From a virus (taxonomy: Duplodnaviria > Caudoviricetes), in the IMG/VR virus record IMGVR_UViG_3300021964_000093, positions 1-53,611 of that record: a stretch of DNA of 53,611 bases. One strand, 5' to 3'. The notes beneath the pieces are model-generated. The model saw only the letters and a program-made list of their open reading frames with translations, was not told where the DNA came from and searched no databases. Shown one piece after another: positions 29,499 to 37,949 of the stretch; positions within the stretch are counted from its first letter, which is position 1; each line of letters opens with the position of its first letter. Position numbers and translations under genes: made by a program.

Positions 29499-29711
29499 TT
29501 AACCAGCGTAAAGATGAATTTCACCATCTTTAGGATTGGTTCGGACTTGCTCCTCTTGTTGCCTGATGATTGATCTAATTACTGTTTTAATCTCATCACC
29601 AATAACAGACATTTCAGCGGTAATTTGTCCCTTGTTTTCAAGAAACAACTCGTTCCATCTAGACTCGAGTTTCAGTTTCTTCGCGAACAATACCATGTTG
29701 TCCTGAGCCAT
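29499..29711 (-). CDS. hypothetical protein
   Basis: Likely start MAQDN with SD GAGGAGG. Confidence 0.55.
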   Translation of the reverse strand: MAQDNMVLFAKKLKLESRWNELFLENKGQITAEMSVIGDEIKTVIRSIIRQQEEQVRTNPKDGEIHLYAG

Positions 29712-29916
29712 TATTAACCTCCTCATAGGTTATGTAAAAATCATTTGCAGTACTATTGTATTGCAGATCATTTTGTTCCCATTTAATATCAGATTTTCCT
29801 AGAAAGTCAATGATAGGTTTATTTAGCTCGTCCGCATCATTTATCTCTTTATCACTTTCGATTTCAAATTGTGTTTGTAGATTTTTTGTAAAAATTTTAA
29901 CTAAGTATTTATTCAT
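29659..29916 (-). CDS. hypothetical protein
   Basis: 85-aa ORF, AGAAAG leader. Confidence 0.55.
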   Translation of the reverse strand: MNKYLVKIFTKNLQTQFEIESDKEINDADELNKPIIDFLGKSDIKWEQNDLQYNSTANDFYITYEEVNNGSGQHGIVREETETRV

Positions 29917-29940
29917 GGTTTTGTCTTTCTATATTGTAAA

Positions 29941-29965
29941 TGAGGCGGGATTGTGTCCCGCCTCA
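29941..29965 (-). terminator. terminator hairpin after major capsid gene
   Basis: TGAGGCGGGA-5 nt-TCCCGCCTCA perfect 10-bp stem just past the MCP stop. Confidence 0.8.
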
Positions 29966-29978
29966 AATATTTTAATTA

Positions 29979-30890
29979 TTATGCACCTTCAACGCCAAAG
30001 ATACCTCTAAAGTCAGAAACTCCGAAAGAGTATCTTTCTCTAGCTTTATATCTTACGTTACCAGTATCGAAGTCACCTTCCATAGCAGTTTTAATTCCTG
30101 CTCTTTCAAAGTACTTCATACCATTTGGCACGTCAGTGATAATGTAGAACGCATCTGTGTCAGTTAAGAAATTGTTCACTCTGTAACCTTGAGGAACCAT
30201 TCCCATAGAAACGATTGCGTTGATATCATTATCAGCAGTTCCAACTCTACCTTGAGACTTCATCAATCTCTCAGCTGTAAATTGAAGCTCAGAAGGAACG
30301 ATCATTTTCACTCCTCTTGCAGCAATTTTAAGACCTCTTTCGTCAGTCATTGCAGCGATGTCAATTAAAGACTGCTCCAATGAAGTTTCGTTTAAGTCCG
30401 CTTGAGTTGTTAAAGTGTTTTTAACAGTACCTGCGATTGTTGGGTGAGAAGTGTTAAATAATGAAACACCATCACCTGAATCGAAAGCATCGTTAGTTGG
30501 TAGACCGTTAATTAACGGTGCAACTGCTTTAACTTGTTTTGTGTTCGCCATAGATCTAGCTAATGCTTTTGTATATCTACTAGCAAGTCTGTCATACAAG
30601 TTATCTTCAATCGCTTCTTCAGTGATTGAAAACGCTAAAGCTACAGTCTCGTGAGTGTATCTAGCAGTGTATGTCTCTTGAGCATTGTCAAAAGTCACGC
30701 CAGCACCTTCAGACTTAGTCTGTGCTTGAGCAAAACCTGATAACATAACTTCTTCTTCAAACGCTCTGTCTGAAGATTCAGTAGTGTATATTTCAGCATG
30801 CTGATTCTCATAACGTTTATACTCCAGGCCAAATAAGGCATTTAAACCTGGTTCTAGTTCTTTAACTAGTTGTCCTCTACTTATCGCCAT
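29979..30890 (-). CDS. major capsid protein
   Basis: MAISRGQLVKELEPGLNALFG, SDRAFEE, GDFDTGNVRYKARERYSFG; follows scaffold, ends at terminator. Confidence 0.88.
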   Translation of the reverse strand: MAISRGQLVKELEPGLNALFGLEYKRYENQHAEIYTTESSDRAFEEEVMLSGFAQAQTKSEGAGVTFDNAQETYTARYTHETVALAFSITEEAIEDNLYDRLASRYTKALARSMANTKQVKAVAPLINGLPTNDAFDSGDGVSLFNTSHPTIAGTVKNTLTTQADLNETSLEQSLIDIAAMTDERGLKIAARGVKMIVPSELQFTAERLMKSQGRVGTADNDINAIVSMGMVPQGYRVNNFLTDTDAFYIITDVPNGMKYFERAGIKTAMEGDFDTGNVRYKARERYSFGVSDFRGIFGVEGA

Positions 30891-30901
30891 AGTTTATCTC
30901 C

Positions 30902-31474
30902 TTATACTCCTGTTGTACCTTTTAATTGATGTTCATTGATCTCAACAACAAAATTTACGTTCGCTGAACCAATTTCGTTATTGTCTGGATCTTTTGAAAC
31001 ACCAAGTATTCTAAGCTGAGCTGAGTTCGTACTTAATGTAGAATCATTCAACTCTGCTTTTGATACATAGTTAGCTGAATCACCCGCACCTAACTCGATA
31101 TCCGCGTTGTTAAACACATCAGTCTGCGCTGAAGCAGCTGTGTTGTTTGACTGGATCTCGAATCTTTCATACGGATCGTCTGCTACGAAAGCAACAATAT
31201 CAGTAGCTGCATTGCTACCAGTATAGTGATTTGCCCACGTAGGCTTTTTAGTTGTAGCGTCAGTGTAAAACACGCCGTTTAAGGAACCTAAAATTGCTCC
31301 GCCCGCTGCACCTTGATCAATAGTTCCAGCCGCAGTTGCTTTAACTGGGTCTTGGAAATAGATCGTAGTACTGTCGTTAGCAGCAATACTGTATTCACTT
31401 AAACCTTGGTTGTCTCTGTTCTGACCTACTTTTCCGATTGGTCTTAGACCAAACGCTGCATCTTTATTTGCCAT
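30902..31474 (-). CDS. capsid cement/minor capsid protein
   Basis: MANKDAAFGLRP start; immediately upstream of MCP. Confidence 0.6.
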   Translation of the reverse strand: MANKDAAFGLRPIGKVGQNRDNQGLSEYSIAANDSTTIYFQDPVKATAAGTIDQGAAGGAILGSLNGVFYTDATTKKPTWANHYTGSNAATDIVAFVADDPYERFEIQSNNTAASAQTDVFNNADIELGAGDSANYVSKAELNDSTLSTNSAQLRILGVSKDPDNNEIGSANVNFVVEINEHQLKGTTGV

Positions 31475-31537
31475 AGTAGTTGTCCTCCTTAGACATTGTT
31501 AGTTTAAGTGTACTCTGTTGGTTTTGGAAATCTTTAA

Positions 31538-32002
31538 TTAGGATTTCTTAGTACCACCAAAAGTTACACGAGTCTGTCGATCAATATTGATCGGCATACT
31601 TGGATGCTGTTCCTTCATAAGATCGTTGTCTACTGCTTCAACATTTTCCTGAGCTTGTTTTTTATAATACTCAGATCGTTGTTTTGCGATCTCTTCCGGT
31701 ACCCTTGCCAGCACAAGGCCACCAACTCCGATCACTCCTGCGTATTTGCCGTCTTCGACAATTGGATAATCTGATTCTGGATATTCATCAGCTCTTACTA
31801 ATTCATATCCCGATCTAATTCTTCCAGCGACGTTTTTAGTGTCTTGGAATCCTAATGTTTCAGTTCTTATCCATCTGTGCTTAAAACCTGTAGGCGCAGG
31901 TGGTGCATCTAAAGATGATGGTGGAGACCAGACTTTTGGTTTAGAAGTTTTTTCTCTAGTCTGACTCGCACGCGAGGTTCTTGTATCGTTATCGTTTTCC
32001 AT
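31538..32002 (-). CDS. head-assembly-region protein of unknown function
   Basis: WSPPSSLDAP..RWIR..G.ELV..GGLVLAR; between scaffold and capsid genes. Confidence 0.6.
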   Translation of the reverse strand: MENDNDTRTSRASQTREKTSKPKVWSPPSSLDAPPAPTGFKHRWIRTETLGFQDTKNVAGRIRSGYELVRADEYPESDYPIVEDGKYAGVIGVGGLVLARVPEEIAKQRSEYYKKQAQENVEAVDNDLMKEQHPSMPINIDRQTRVTFGGTKKS

Positions 32003-32006
32003 ATGC

Positions 32007-32975
32007 TTATACCTCCTTCGTGATTTTTAGTTGTTTCGCATACTCTTTAAGTGGCACACCTAATTTTCGTGCAATTGCTACCTGAGACGGTGTGAGTGTC
32101 ACAGAATTTTTGCGACCAGTATTTGTACTTCGCTTTGCACTAGCTACTGTTTGTACGGGTTTGGTCGTTTCCCCTGTATTGCTATTACTTGTAGCAAATT
32201 TGTGGGGGAATTCAAGTCTTATTCTTTTATCTATTTCAGAATAATACTCATCAGATTGAGGGTCATAACCTTCCTGTTCTGTCAACTTTTTATGTAGATC
32301 AAACGCAGTATACGTCATAGCCGTATCTTGTCCAAACCATGTATTATTGGCTGCCCATTGTTCAGCTTTTGGATCTGGTGTTGGTTCTTCCTGTTTTTGT
32401 CTATTTAAGTTGATTTCAGGTTTAACCTCTTTAGCTTTATTAGCATTAAACTCTTCTTGAGCCACTTTAGTCTCTTCAAGTTTTGCTTTTTTATAACCTA
32501 GCTCAGAAATAGCAGTTAAAGCTTCTGACTCTGCTTTTAGATCATTTGCTTCTCTAGCTGCTGCCAGTTTAGCCTGTGCTGCTTGCATACCTGATACAAT
32601 ACTATCTTCTGTAGACTTCAAGTATCCTGGTTCAAGCTTCGAGATTTTATGTTCAGCTGCTTCTTTTAATTTAATTTGCGCTCTAGCATATTCTGCAGCA
32701 TCATCAGCTTGTCTCTGTGCTTCTCTCCATTTATGAGTTAGTTTAGCTATTCTTCTCTGAACATCTTTACTATAATTTTCTAATTCTTTATCTTTCTTTT
32801 CTTCAGCCTCTTCTTTCTTTTCTTCGGATGCAGTTTCCACTGTTTCAGTACTGCTTGTCTCAGTAGATTCAGCTGTTTCCTGTTCAGTATTTTCCTCCGT
32901 TGAATTATCTAATTCAACTTCAGTATCAGGTCCAGATGTATCTATGTCAACTGTTTTGTTTTCTTCTTCTTGCAT
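32007..32975 (-). CDS. scaffolding protein
   Basis: Acidic N-terminus, long coiled coil, C-terminal LTPSQVAIARKLGV helix. Confidence 0.7.
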   Translation of the reverse strand: MQEEENKTVDIDTSGPDTEVELDNSTEENTEQETAESTETSSTETVETASEEKKEEAEEKKDKELENYSKDVQRRIAKLTHKWREAQRQADDAAEYARAQIKLKEAAEHKISKLEPGYLKSTEDSIVSGMQAAQAKLAAAREANDLKAESEALTAISELGYKKAKLEETKVAQEEFNANKAKEVKPEINLNRQKQEEPTPDPKAEQWAANNTWFGQDTAMTYTAFDLHKKLTEQEGYDPQSDEYYSEIDKRIRLEFPHKFATSNSNTGETTKPVQTVASAKRSTNTGRKNSVTLTPSQVAIARKLGVPLKEYAKQLKITKEV

Positions 32976-32994
32976 AGTATTCTCCTTCTATGTT

Positions 32995-33477
32995 TTAGTA
33001 TTGATGAAGTATATCTTCAGGGTTGTCGATGGTTGCTAACACTTCATCGTCATTTAGCATTCTAACTTCCCCACCATCTATCTGGATTCTTGATCCAGCA
33101 TATCTTGCAAAAATTACCCAGTCACCTTTTTTACACCAAGGTCCTTCTGGAAATTTTTCTTTATCATAACAATGTGGACCCATAGCAAGAACAAGTCCAC
33201 AAGTAGAACCTACTTGTTGTCTCTCTAAAGTATCTTGTCCAAGATATAATCCACCTTTAGTTTTTTCTGGCATTTTAAATGGCAGAACAACTAATCTCCA
33301 TCCAGTTGGTTTAGGTAATTTATTTGATTCTTTTGTTTTTAAACGTTCATAGCCATCAATTTCTTTTTGATGTGCTTCTTGATTTTGTTTTTCGTATTTA
33401 TCTAATAACGCCGATTTAGTCTTTAGTGTCGCCGAATCGGACGACGTTTGTAAGGTCTTGTTCTCTTTCAGTATCAT
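32995..33477 (-). CDS. groES: co-chaperonin GroES
   Basis: PTGWRLVV, KTKGGLYL, VLAMGP, GDWVIFARYAG, LNDDEVLA. Confidence 0.9.
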   Translation of the reverse strand: MILKENKTLQTSSDSATLKTKSALLDKYEKQNQEAHQKEIDGYERLKTKESNKLPKPTGWRLVVLPFKMPEKTKGGLYLGQDTLERQQVGSTCGLVLAMGPHCYDKEKFPEGPWCKKGDWVIFARYAGSRIQIDGGEVRMLNDDEVLATIDNPEDILHQY

Positions 33478-33670
33478 TTTGCTCCTTTGGTTTTAGCAGG
33501 TTAGAGATTTCCTGTGATATTCTTAAATAGGCATGTGCCTGTCCCATCATATACTTGTATTTTTCCATATTGTCAACACCTCCACCAATCATATTGTCTC
33601 CAATATTTTGATAGGATTCTTTTAAATATTTTTGTATTTTATTAAGTATTACTAATTCTTCATTTAACAT
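33416..33670 (-). CDS. hypothetical protein
   Basis: 84-aa helical ORF upstream of groES. Confidence 0.6.
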   Translation of the reverse strand: MLNEELVILNKIQKYLKESYQNIGDNMIGGGVDNMEKYKYMMGQAHAYLRISQEISNLLKPKEQNDTEREQDLTNVVRFGDTKD

Positions 33671-33830
33671 CAGCTATTTTACCTTTATTATTACCTTTCT
33701 TGATTACATATTTTTGTGTACCATTCGCACCGGTCTCTACCTCTTTGCGAAGATTTTTAAATAAGTCTTTTTCCTTATTTTCTTTTTCTTTTCTTTGAAG
33801 AAAAGAATCTATTGTTTTTGAGTCTCTCAT
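33660..33830 (-). CDS. hypothetical protein
   Basis: Likely start MRDSK; overlaps the next gene. Confidence 0.5.
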   Translation of the reverse strand: MRDSKTIDSFLQRKEKENKEKDLFKNLRKEVETGANGTQKYVIKKGNNKGKIADVK

Positions 33831-33902
33831 AAATACTAGGTATAAAGGTATCAAAAAAATTGTCAATAGCACCAAATATTGTGTACATGAATCTATCGAA
33901 CA

Positions 33903-34208
33903 TTAGCAATTCCACTTTCTAAGTGACTTATTGATTCTTGAATCCGGATCCCTGGCAGTTTTAGCTGAAGTCAATCTTTTCTTCATACCCTTCATTCTAG
34001 CACAAAATGACTTACGTCTTTTTGCTGCTTTACTTCCTTTTTTTAATTTTGATGGTTTAGTGGTTACTGCTGTTTTTAATTTTGATCCAGGATTAGCTGC
34101 TCTATAAGATGCAACGCCTTTACGGTTCAGGCCTCCTGATTCAGATTTGCCTTCTTTTCTTTGCCATGCTGGCGATTTACTTCCTGATGCAAATTGTCTT
34201 CTGAACAT
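33903..34208 (-). CDS. small basic protein
   Basis: K/R-rich; RRKSFCARM...SLRKWNC. Confidence 0.7.
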   Translation of the reverse strand: MFRRQFASGSKSPAWQRKEGKSESGGLNRKGVASYRAANPGSKLKTAVTTKPSKLKKGSKAAKRRKSFCARMKGMKKRLTSAKTARDPDSRINKSLRKWNC

Positions 34209-34426
34209 TACGCTTGTGATTTTTTAATTGCAGCTTCTGTAGGTGCACCTTTAGCACCTTTTTTTCTCATCTTTTCACCACGTTTTCTTTTCATAGCTAT
34301 ATTATACCATAAACCTTTTTTAGCTTTTTTACCTTCTTTAGTTGTATGATATTTAGAAGTTGATCCGCCTTTAGACATACATGCTCTATCATTAGCTACT
34401 TGTGTATTATATCTTCTATTTGCCAT
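34208..34426 (-). CDS. small basic protein
   Basis: K-rich; GLWYNI..KRKRG..MRKKG.KGAPT. Confidence 0.7.
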   Translation of the reverse strand: MANRRYNTQVANDRACMSKGGSTSKYHTTKEGKKAKKGLWYNIAMKRKRGEKMRKKGAKGAPTEAAIKKSQA

Positions 34427-34572
34427 TATTTTTTCCCCTTCATTGCCATTGCCATCATAGATGGTTTTGGTTTTTCTTTTTTCTTTTTTTTATTTTGAAT
34501 AAGCGCTTGAAGTTTTGGTGGTAAAGTTTTTTGTGCTTTTGTTAATCCACCTAAATTAAATTTTTTTCTCAT
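34426..34572 (-). CDS. small basic protein (48 aa, not in ORF track)
   Basis: MRKKFNLGGLTKAQKTLPPKLQALIQNKKKKKEKPKPSMMAMAMKGKK*; TAATG coupling. Confidence 0.65.
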   Translation of the reverse strand: MRKKFNLGGLTKAQKTLPPKLQALIQNKKKKKEKPKPSMMAMAMKGKK

Positions 34573-34574
34573 AA

Positions 34575-34952
34575 TTATTTCCTCTTAATTAAATCAGTTG
34601 CTTTTAATCCATATACAGATGCTATGACACCTACAAAAATTGTCTGATACCAAAAAGGCAGTTGTGAAAAGTATTCAAAAAACAATTGCATCTTTTCCAT
34701 AGCTGCCGGATCATCCGAAAATACTGCCCACGATAATAACGCAATTGGAGCCGAAAGTAAAATCAAAATAAACTCGTCCTTCCAGTCCGATTGTCTTGCT
34801 TCTAATAATTTACCTTGATATTCAGCTTCACCATTCGCCATTTTTTCTGCATGACGCATTTGTGCATCCGCCATTAACATTTTTGTCTTCTGACGATTCT
34901 TAAAAATATGAGAGCCTGCTTGTACGGCTAATTTAATAGCACCAAACCACAT
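34575..34952 (-). CDS. membrane protein, holin-like
   Basis: SDWKDEF followed by two TM helices, ending SVYGLK. Confidence 0.55.
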   Translation of the reverse strand: MWFGAIKLAVQAGSHIFKNRQKTKMLMADAQMRHAEKMANGEAEYQGKLLEARQSDWKDEFILILLSAPIALLSWAVFSDDPAAMEKMQLFFEYFSQLPFWYQTIFVGVIASVYGLKATDLIKRK

Positions 34953-34953
34953 G

Positions 34954-35136
34954 TTAGTAAGCTTTAGAACTTCTTTTCTTTTCTGCTAGTACTTTTCCTT
35001 GACCTTTAACTTCCATTTCAGGTCCACCAGTACCAATTAAGTTAAAAGCTTTGTCAGCAGTAGTTTTTGATCTTGGATCAATCATAGTTTCTTGCTCACC
35101 AACTTTAACTTCTGTTATTTTATCCAGTTTTTCCAT
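34954..35136 (-). CDS. hypothetical protein
   Basis: Start MEKLDK with SD AAGGAG. Confidence 0.6.
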   Translation of the reverse strand: MEKLDKITEVKVGEQETMIDPRSKTTADKAFNLIGTGGPEMEVKGQGKVLAEKKRSSKAY

Positions 35137-35137
35137 T

Positions 35138-35302
35138 TTATCTCCTTGGTTTTGATTTTCCAGCCTCCGATAAAGCAATTGCAATCGCTTGTTTACGACT
35201 TTTTACTTTTTTCTTTGACTTCCCTATCGGTAATTCACCTTTTTTGAATTCCCGCATAACCTTTTTAACCTTTTTTTCAGATTTTGTCATTTTATTTCTC
35301 AT
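35138..35302 (-). CDS. small basic protein (54 aa, not in ORF track)
   Basis: MRNKMTKSEKKVKKVMREFKKGELPIGKSKKKVKSRKQAIAIALSEAGKSKPRR*. Confidence 0.7.
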   Translation of the reverse strand: MRNKMTKSEKKVKKVMREFKKGELPIGKSKKKVKSRKQAIAIALSEAGKSKPRR

Positions 35303-37837
35303 TTATTCGTTACCACCTCTGAAAATTTTTACTTTTGGCATCATATTCTGTTGGTTCTTCATCATTGAGTCAACATTTGGGATAGTTTTTGATAAAATTG
35401 TTTTTTCAATTGATGTATCAGCTCTTAATTTAGCTAATTCTTCGTTCTGCTCTAGTTTTTCATCTTGATTTTGTTGATTCATCATTGCTTTCATCTTATC
35501 AAGGTCCATTCTATCCTTACCTTCACGTTCTTTTCTATCATTTTCCATTGCTCTAAGATCTAATTCTCTTGATCTTAGTTTTGCGATTGGATCATTATCA
35601 AATTGTGAAGTAATTTTCTTCTCTTCATTCATAAACTCTTCCATCATCTCAGCAATCAACTGTGCTTTTCTCGCTTCAATCTTTTGTTGAATCTGCATTG
35701 CTTGCATTTGTATCTGTTGAGCCATCTGTGGATTCTGTTGCATCATCATTTGCATCTGTTGAAGTTGTTGCATTTCATCTCTGTACTCTAATTCAACTTG
35801 TTCTTGAGCCATTAGACTAATATGTTCAAAAATATTTTTCTCTAAACTTGCCATAACCATTGGATTATTTCTAGCAATGTTTGTTGCCATAAAATTTAAG
35901 TGAGCAGTAATATGTGATCTGTGATCTTGACCAGGAAACGCTTGAAAAGGTTTACCACCTAAAGCATCAATATGTTCTAATGCAGGATCTTTTGGTTGTG
36001 GTGGCATTGGTTTTACTAAAACACTATCAATATTTTTAACCCCTAATGCTTCATACATATTTCTATATGCTTGATACATATTATGCATTTGTGGATTTGA
36101 GGTTGCCAGTTGGAGTTCTGTTTGCGCAAGTGAGATACGCTGTGTCTGTGAAAAAATGTTGGGGTCAGCAACTGGCAATATATCTACCCTATCATCAAAA
36201 TCTGATTGCATAATCATTCTTTGACCCCCAACTACATCATATGGATATTGTTGTGGTAGATATAACTTGAATACTCTTGCCATAAGTCTGAATTCATTCT
36301 TTAAGGCAGAGTAAATTCTTTTGTGAATAGCGGACATAGTTCTGCTTCCTCTTTCAAGTAAAGCAACTGTAGTTCCAACTGCAGCTTGTTGATTACCATC
36401 ACCAACTTGCATATCAGCAATGGATGCAAATCTTTGACCTGCTTGAACAACCACACCCATCAATGCGAGTAAGGTTTGACTTGGTTCTTTAAACGGAAGC
36501 ATCATGAATGAATCTCTTAGATTTCCACCTGGTGCATCTACATCTCTAAATTCTCCAGGTTGAATTGATTGTGCATCATCTCTAATTCTAATTCCTCTCA
36601 TTTTAAAACCAGCTGGCAGATTAGATAACGTTCCCGCATCTAAGAGCTGTCTTAAAGCTGCGGTCGCTGTTCTAGACAGTCCACCAATCATGTGGATTAG
36701 ACCGAAACCATAAAACCCTAAACCCGGTAAAAATTTAAAGTGTACAAAATATTGTACCTTATCTTTTTTAGGATTACCTACTTCGTAGTTTCTTTTAATA
36801 GATAAAATATCTCTTGATGATTCTTCTATTGTTACAATGTATGGAAGTTTAATTCCTGACGGCTCACCAGTCTCGGGATTGACATCTTCAAAACCTTCAA
36901 TGTCTAAATTCACGTGACATTCTAAAATTGTATATACATCTTCATTTTGAGTTTTAGAAATTCCTTCAAGTTCTCTTTCTTTTTTCTCAACATCAGATTC
37001 TCTATCACCTGGTTTACCTAAATCAATATCTCTATAGAAACCTGCAATCTGTTGTTTTCTTAATTCGTTTTCTGAAATTTTAACACGATGAATAACCGCT
37101 TCCGCATCGTCTAATGAGGTAGCTGTATACGGAACGATTAAATCATCTGCTGGAACGAACTTGGATACTGCTCGTCCTTCTACTTCATCATAGTAAACTT
37201 TTTTAAAAGTTGAACCTGATAGAGGTAAATGAAATAACATAGAATCAAATTCTGGTTCATACTCTTTCATCTGATCCATAATTTGATAATTCATAAAATC
37301 TTTTACACGAGTTGCTTGTTGAACTTTTTCTGGAGTTTGTAATCCAATGATTTGAGTTCGAACCGGTCCATCTGCTGGTAATAATTCTTTATATGCTAAA
37401 GCTTGAAACTGTGTAACTGCTTCTGCTAATACTGGGTGTGTTGCACCGGATGCACCAGAAAATGGTTCTGTTCGTTGATCATATTTAAATCCTAATAAAT
37501 CTAAACCTTGTGTGTAAGTTTTTTCCCAATCTTTTCTTGATGAAATATATTCTTGATATTTAGAATTTAAATCAGATGCTAATCTTCCTAAAACTTCATC
37601 TGGTAAAAAGTCTGCTAAATTTGCATAATGCTCATCACCACCTTCAGGTGTAGCTGCAGCTGGATCTAAATTAATATCAACAGATCCATCTTCGTTCTCT
37701 GTAACTTCTATGTCATCAGGTGACTCTTGTTCTTTTTCTACTTCTTCAACTACCTGTTCTTGAATTTCTTCTTCACCAGGTATCTCAAATTCTTTTCGAG
37801 GCTCGTTTGGAAGTGCCTTGTCTATGTTGTCTGCCAT
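35303..37837 (-). CDS. portal protein
   Basis: 844 aa, P22-like size with Q-rich C-terminal barrel; HPVLAEAVTQFQA, LPLSGSTFKKVY, GFYGFGLIH; downstream of TerL. Confidence 0.85.
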   Translation of the reverse strand: MADNIDKALPNEPRKEFEIPGEEEIQEQVVEEVEKEQESPDDIEVTENEDGSVDINLDPAAATPEGGDEHYANLADFLPDEVLGRLASDLNSKYQEYISSRKDWEKTYTQGLDLLGFKYDQRTEPFSGASGATHPVLAEAVTQFQALAYKELLPADGPVRTQIIGLQTPEKVQQATRVKDFMNYQIMDQMKEYEPEFDSMLFHLPLSGSTFKKVYYDEVEGRAVSKFVPADDLIVPYTATSLDDAEAVIHRVKISENELRKQQIAGFYRDIDLGKPGDRESDVEKKERELEGISKTQNEDVYTILECHVNLDIEGFEDVNPETGEPSGIKLPYIVTIEESSRDILSIKRNYEVGNPKKDKVQYFVHFKFLPGLGFYGFGLIHMIGGLSRTATAALRQLLDAGTLSNLPAGFKMRGIRIRDDAQSIQPGEFRDVDAPGGNLRDSFMMLPFKEPSQTLLALMGVVVQAGQRFASIADMQVGDGNQQAAVGTTVALLERGSRTMSAIHKRIYSALKNEFRLMARVFKLYLPQQYPYDVVGGQRMIMQSDFDDRVDILPVADPNIFSQTQRISLAQTELQLATSNPQMHNMYQAYRNMYEALGVKNIDSVLVKPMPPQPKDPALEHIDALGGKPFQAFPGQDHRSHITAHLNFMATNIARNNPMVMASLEKNIFEHISLMAQEQVELEYRDEMQQLQQMQMMMQQNPQMAQQIQMQAMQIQQKIEARKAQLIAEMMEEFMNEEKKITSQFDNDPIAKLRSRELDLRAMENDRKEREGKDRMDLDKMKAMMNQQNQDEKLEQNEELAKLRADTSIEKTILSKTIPNVDSMMKNQQNMMPKVKIFRGGNE

Positions 37838-37949
37838 TTATTTTTTCTCCAGATTGTTTGATCGTTGTAACAGTATTATACGAAATATTCAAGCCCTGAG
37901 GCATGGGTCCTGATTTAGGTGGAATAGTTCTGGTTAAACGTTTAATCAT
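37785..37949 (-). CDS. small hypothetical protein (54 aa, not in ORF track)
   Basis: MIKRLTRTIPPKSGPMPQGLNISYN...; fills the gap and overlaps the portal start. Confidence 0.45.
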   Translation of the reverse strand: MIKRLTRTIPPKSGPMPQGLNISYNTVTTIKQSGEKINGRQHRQGTSKRASKRI

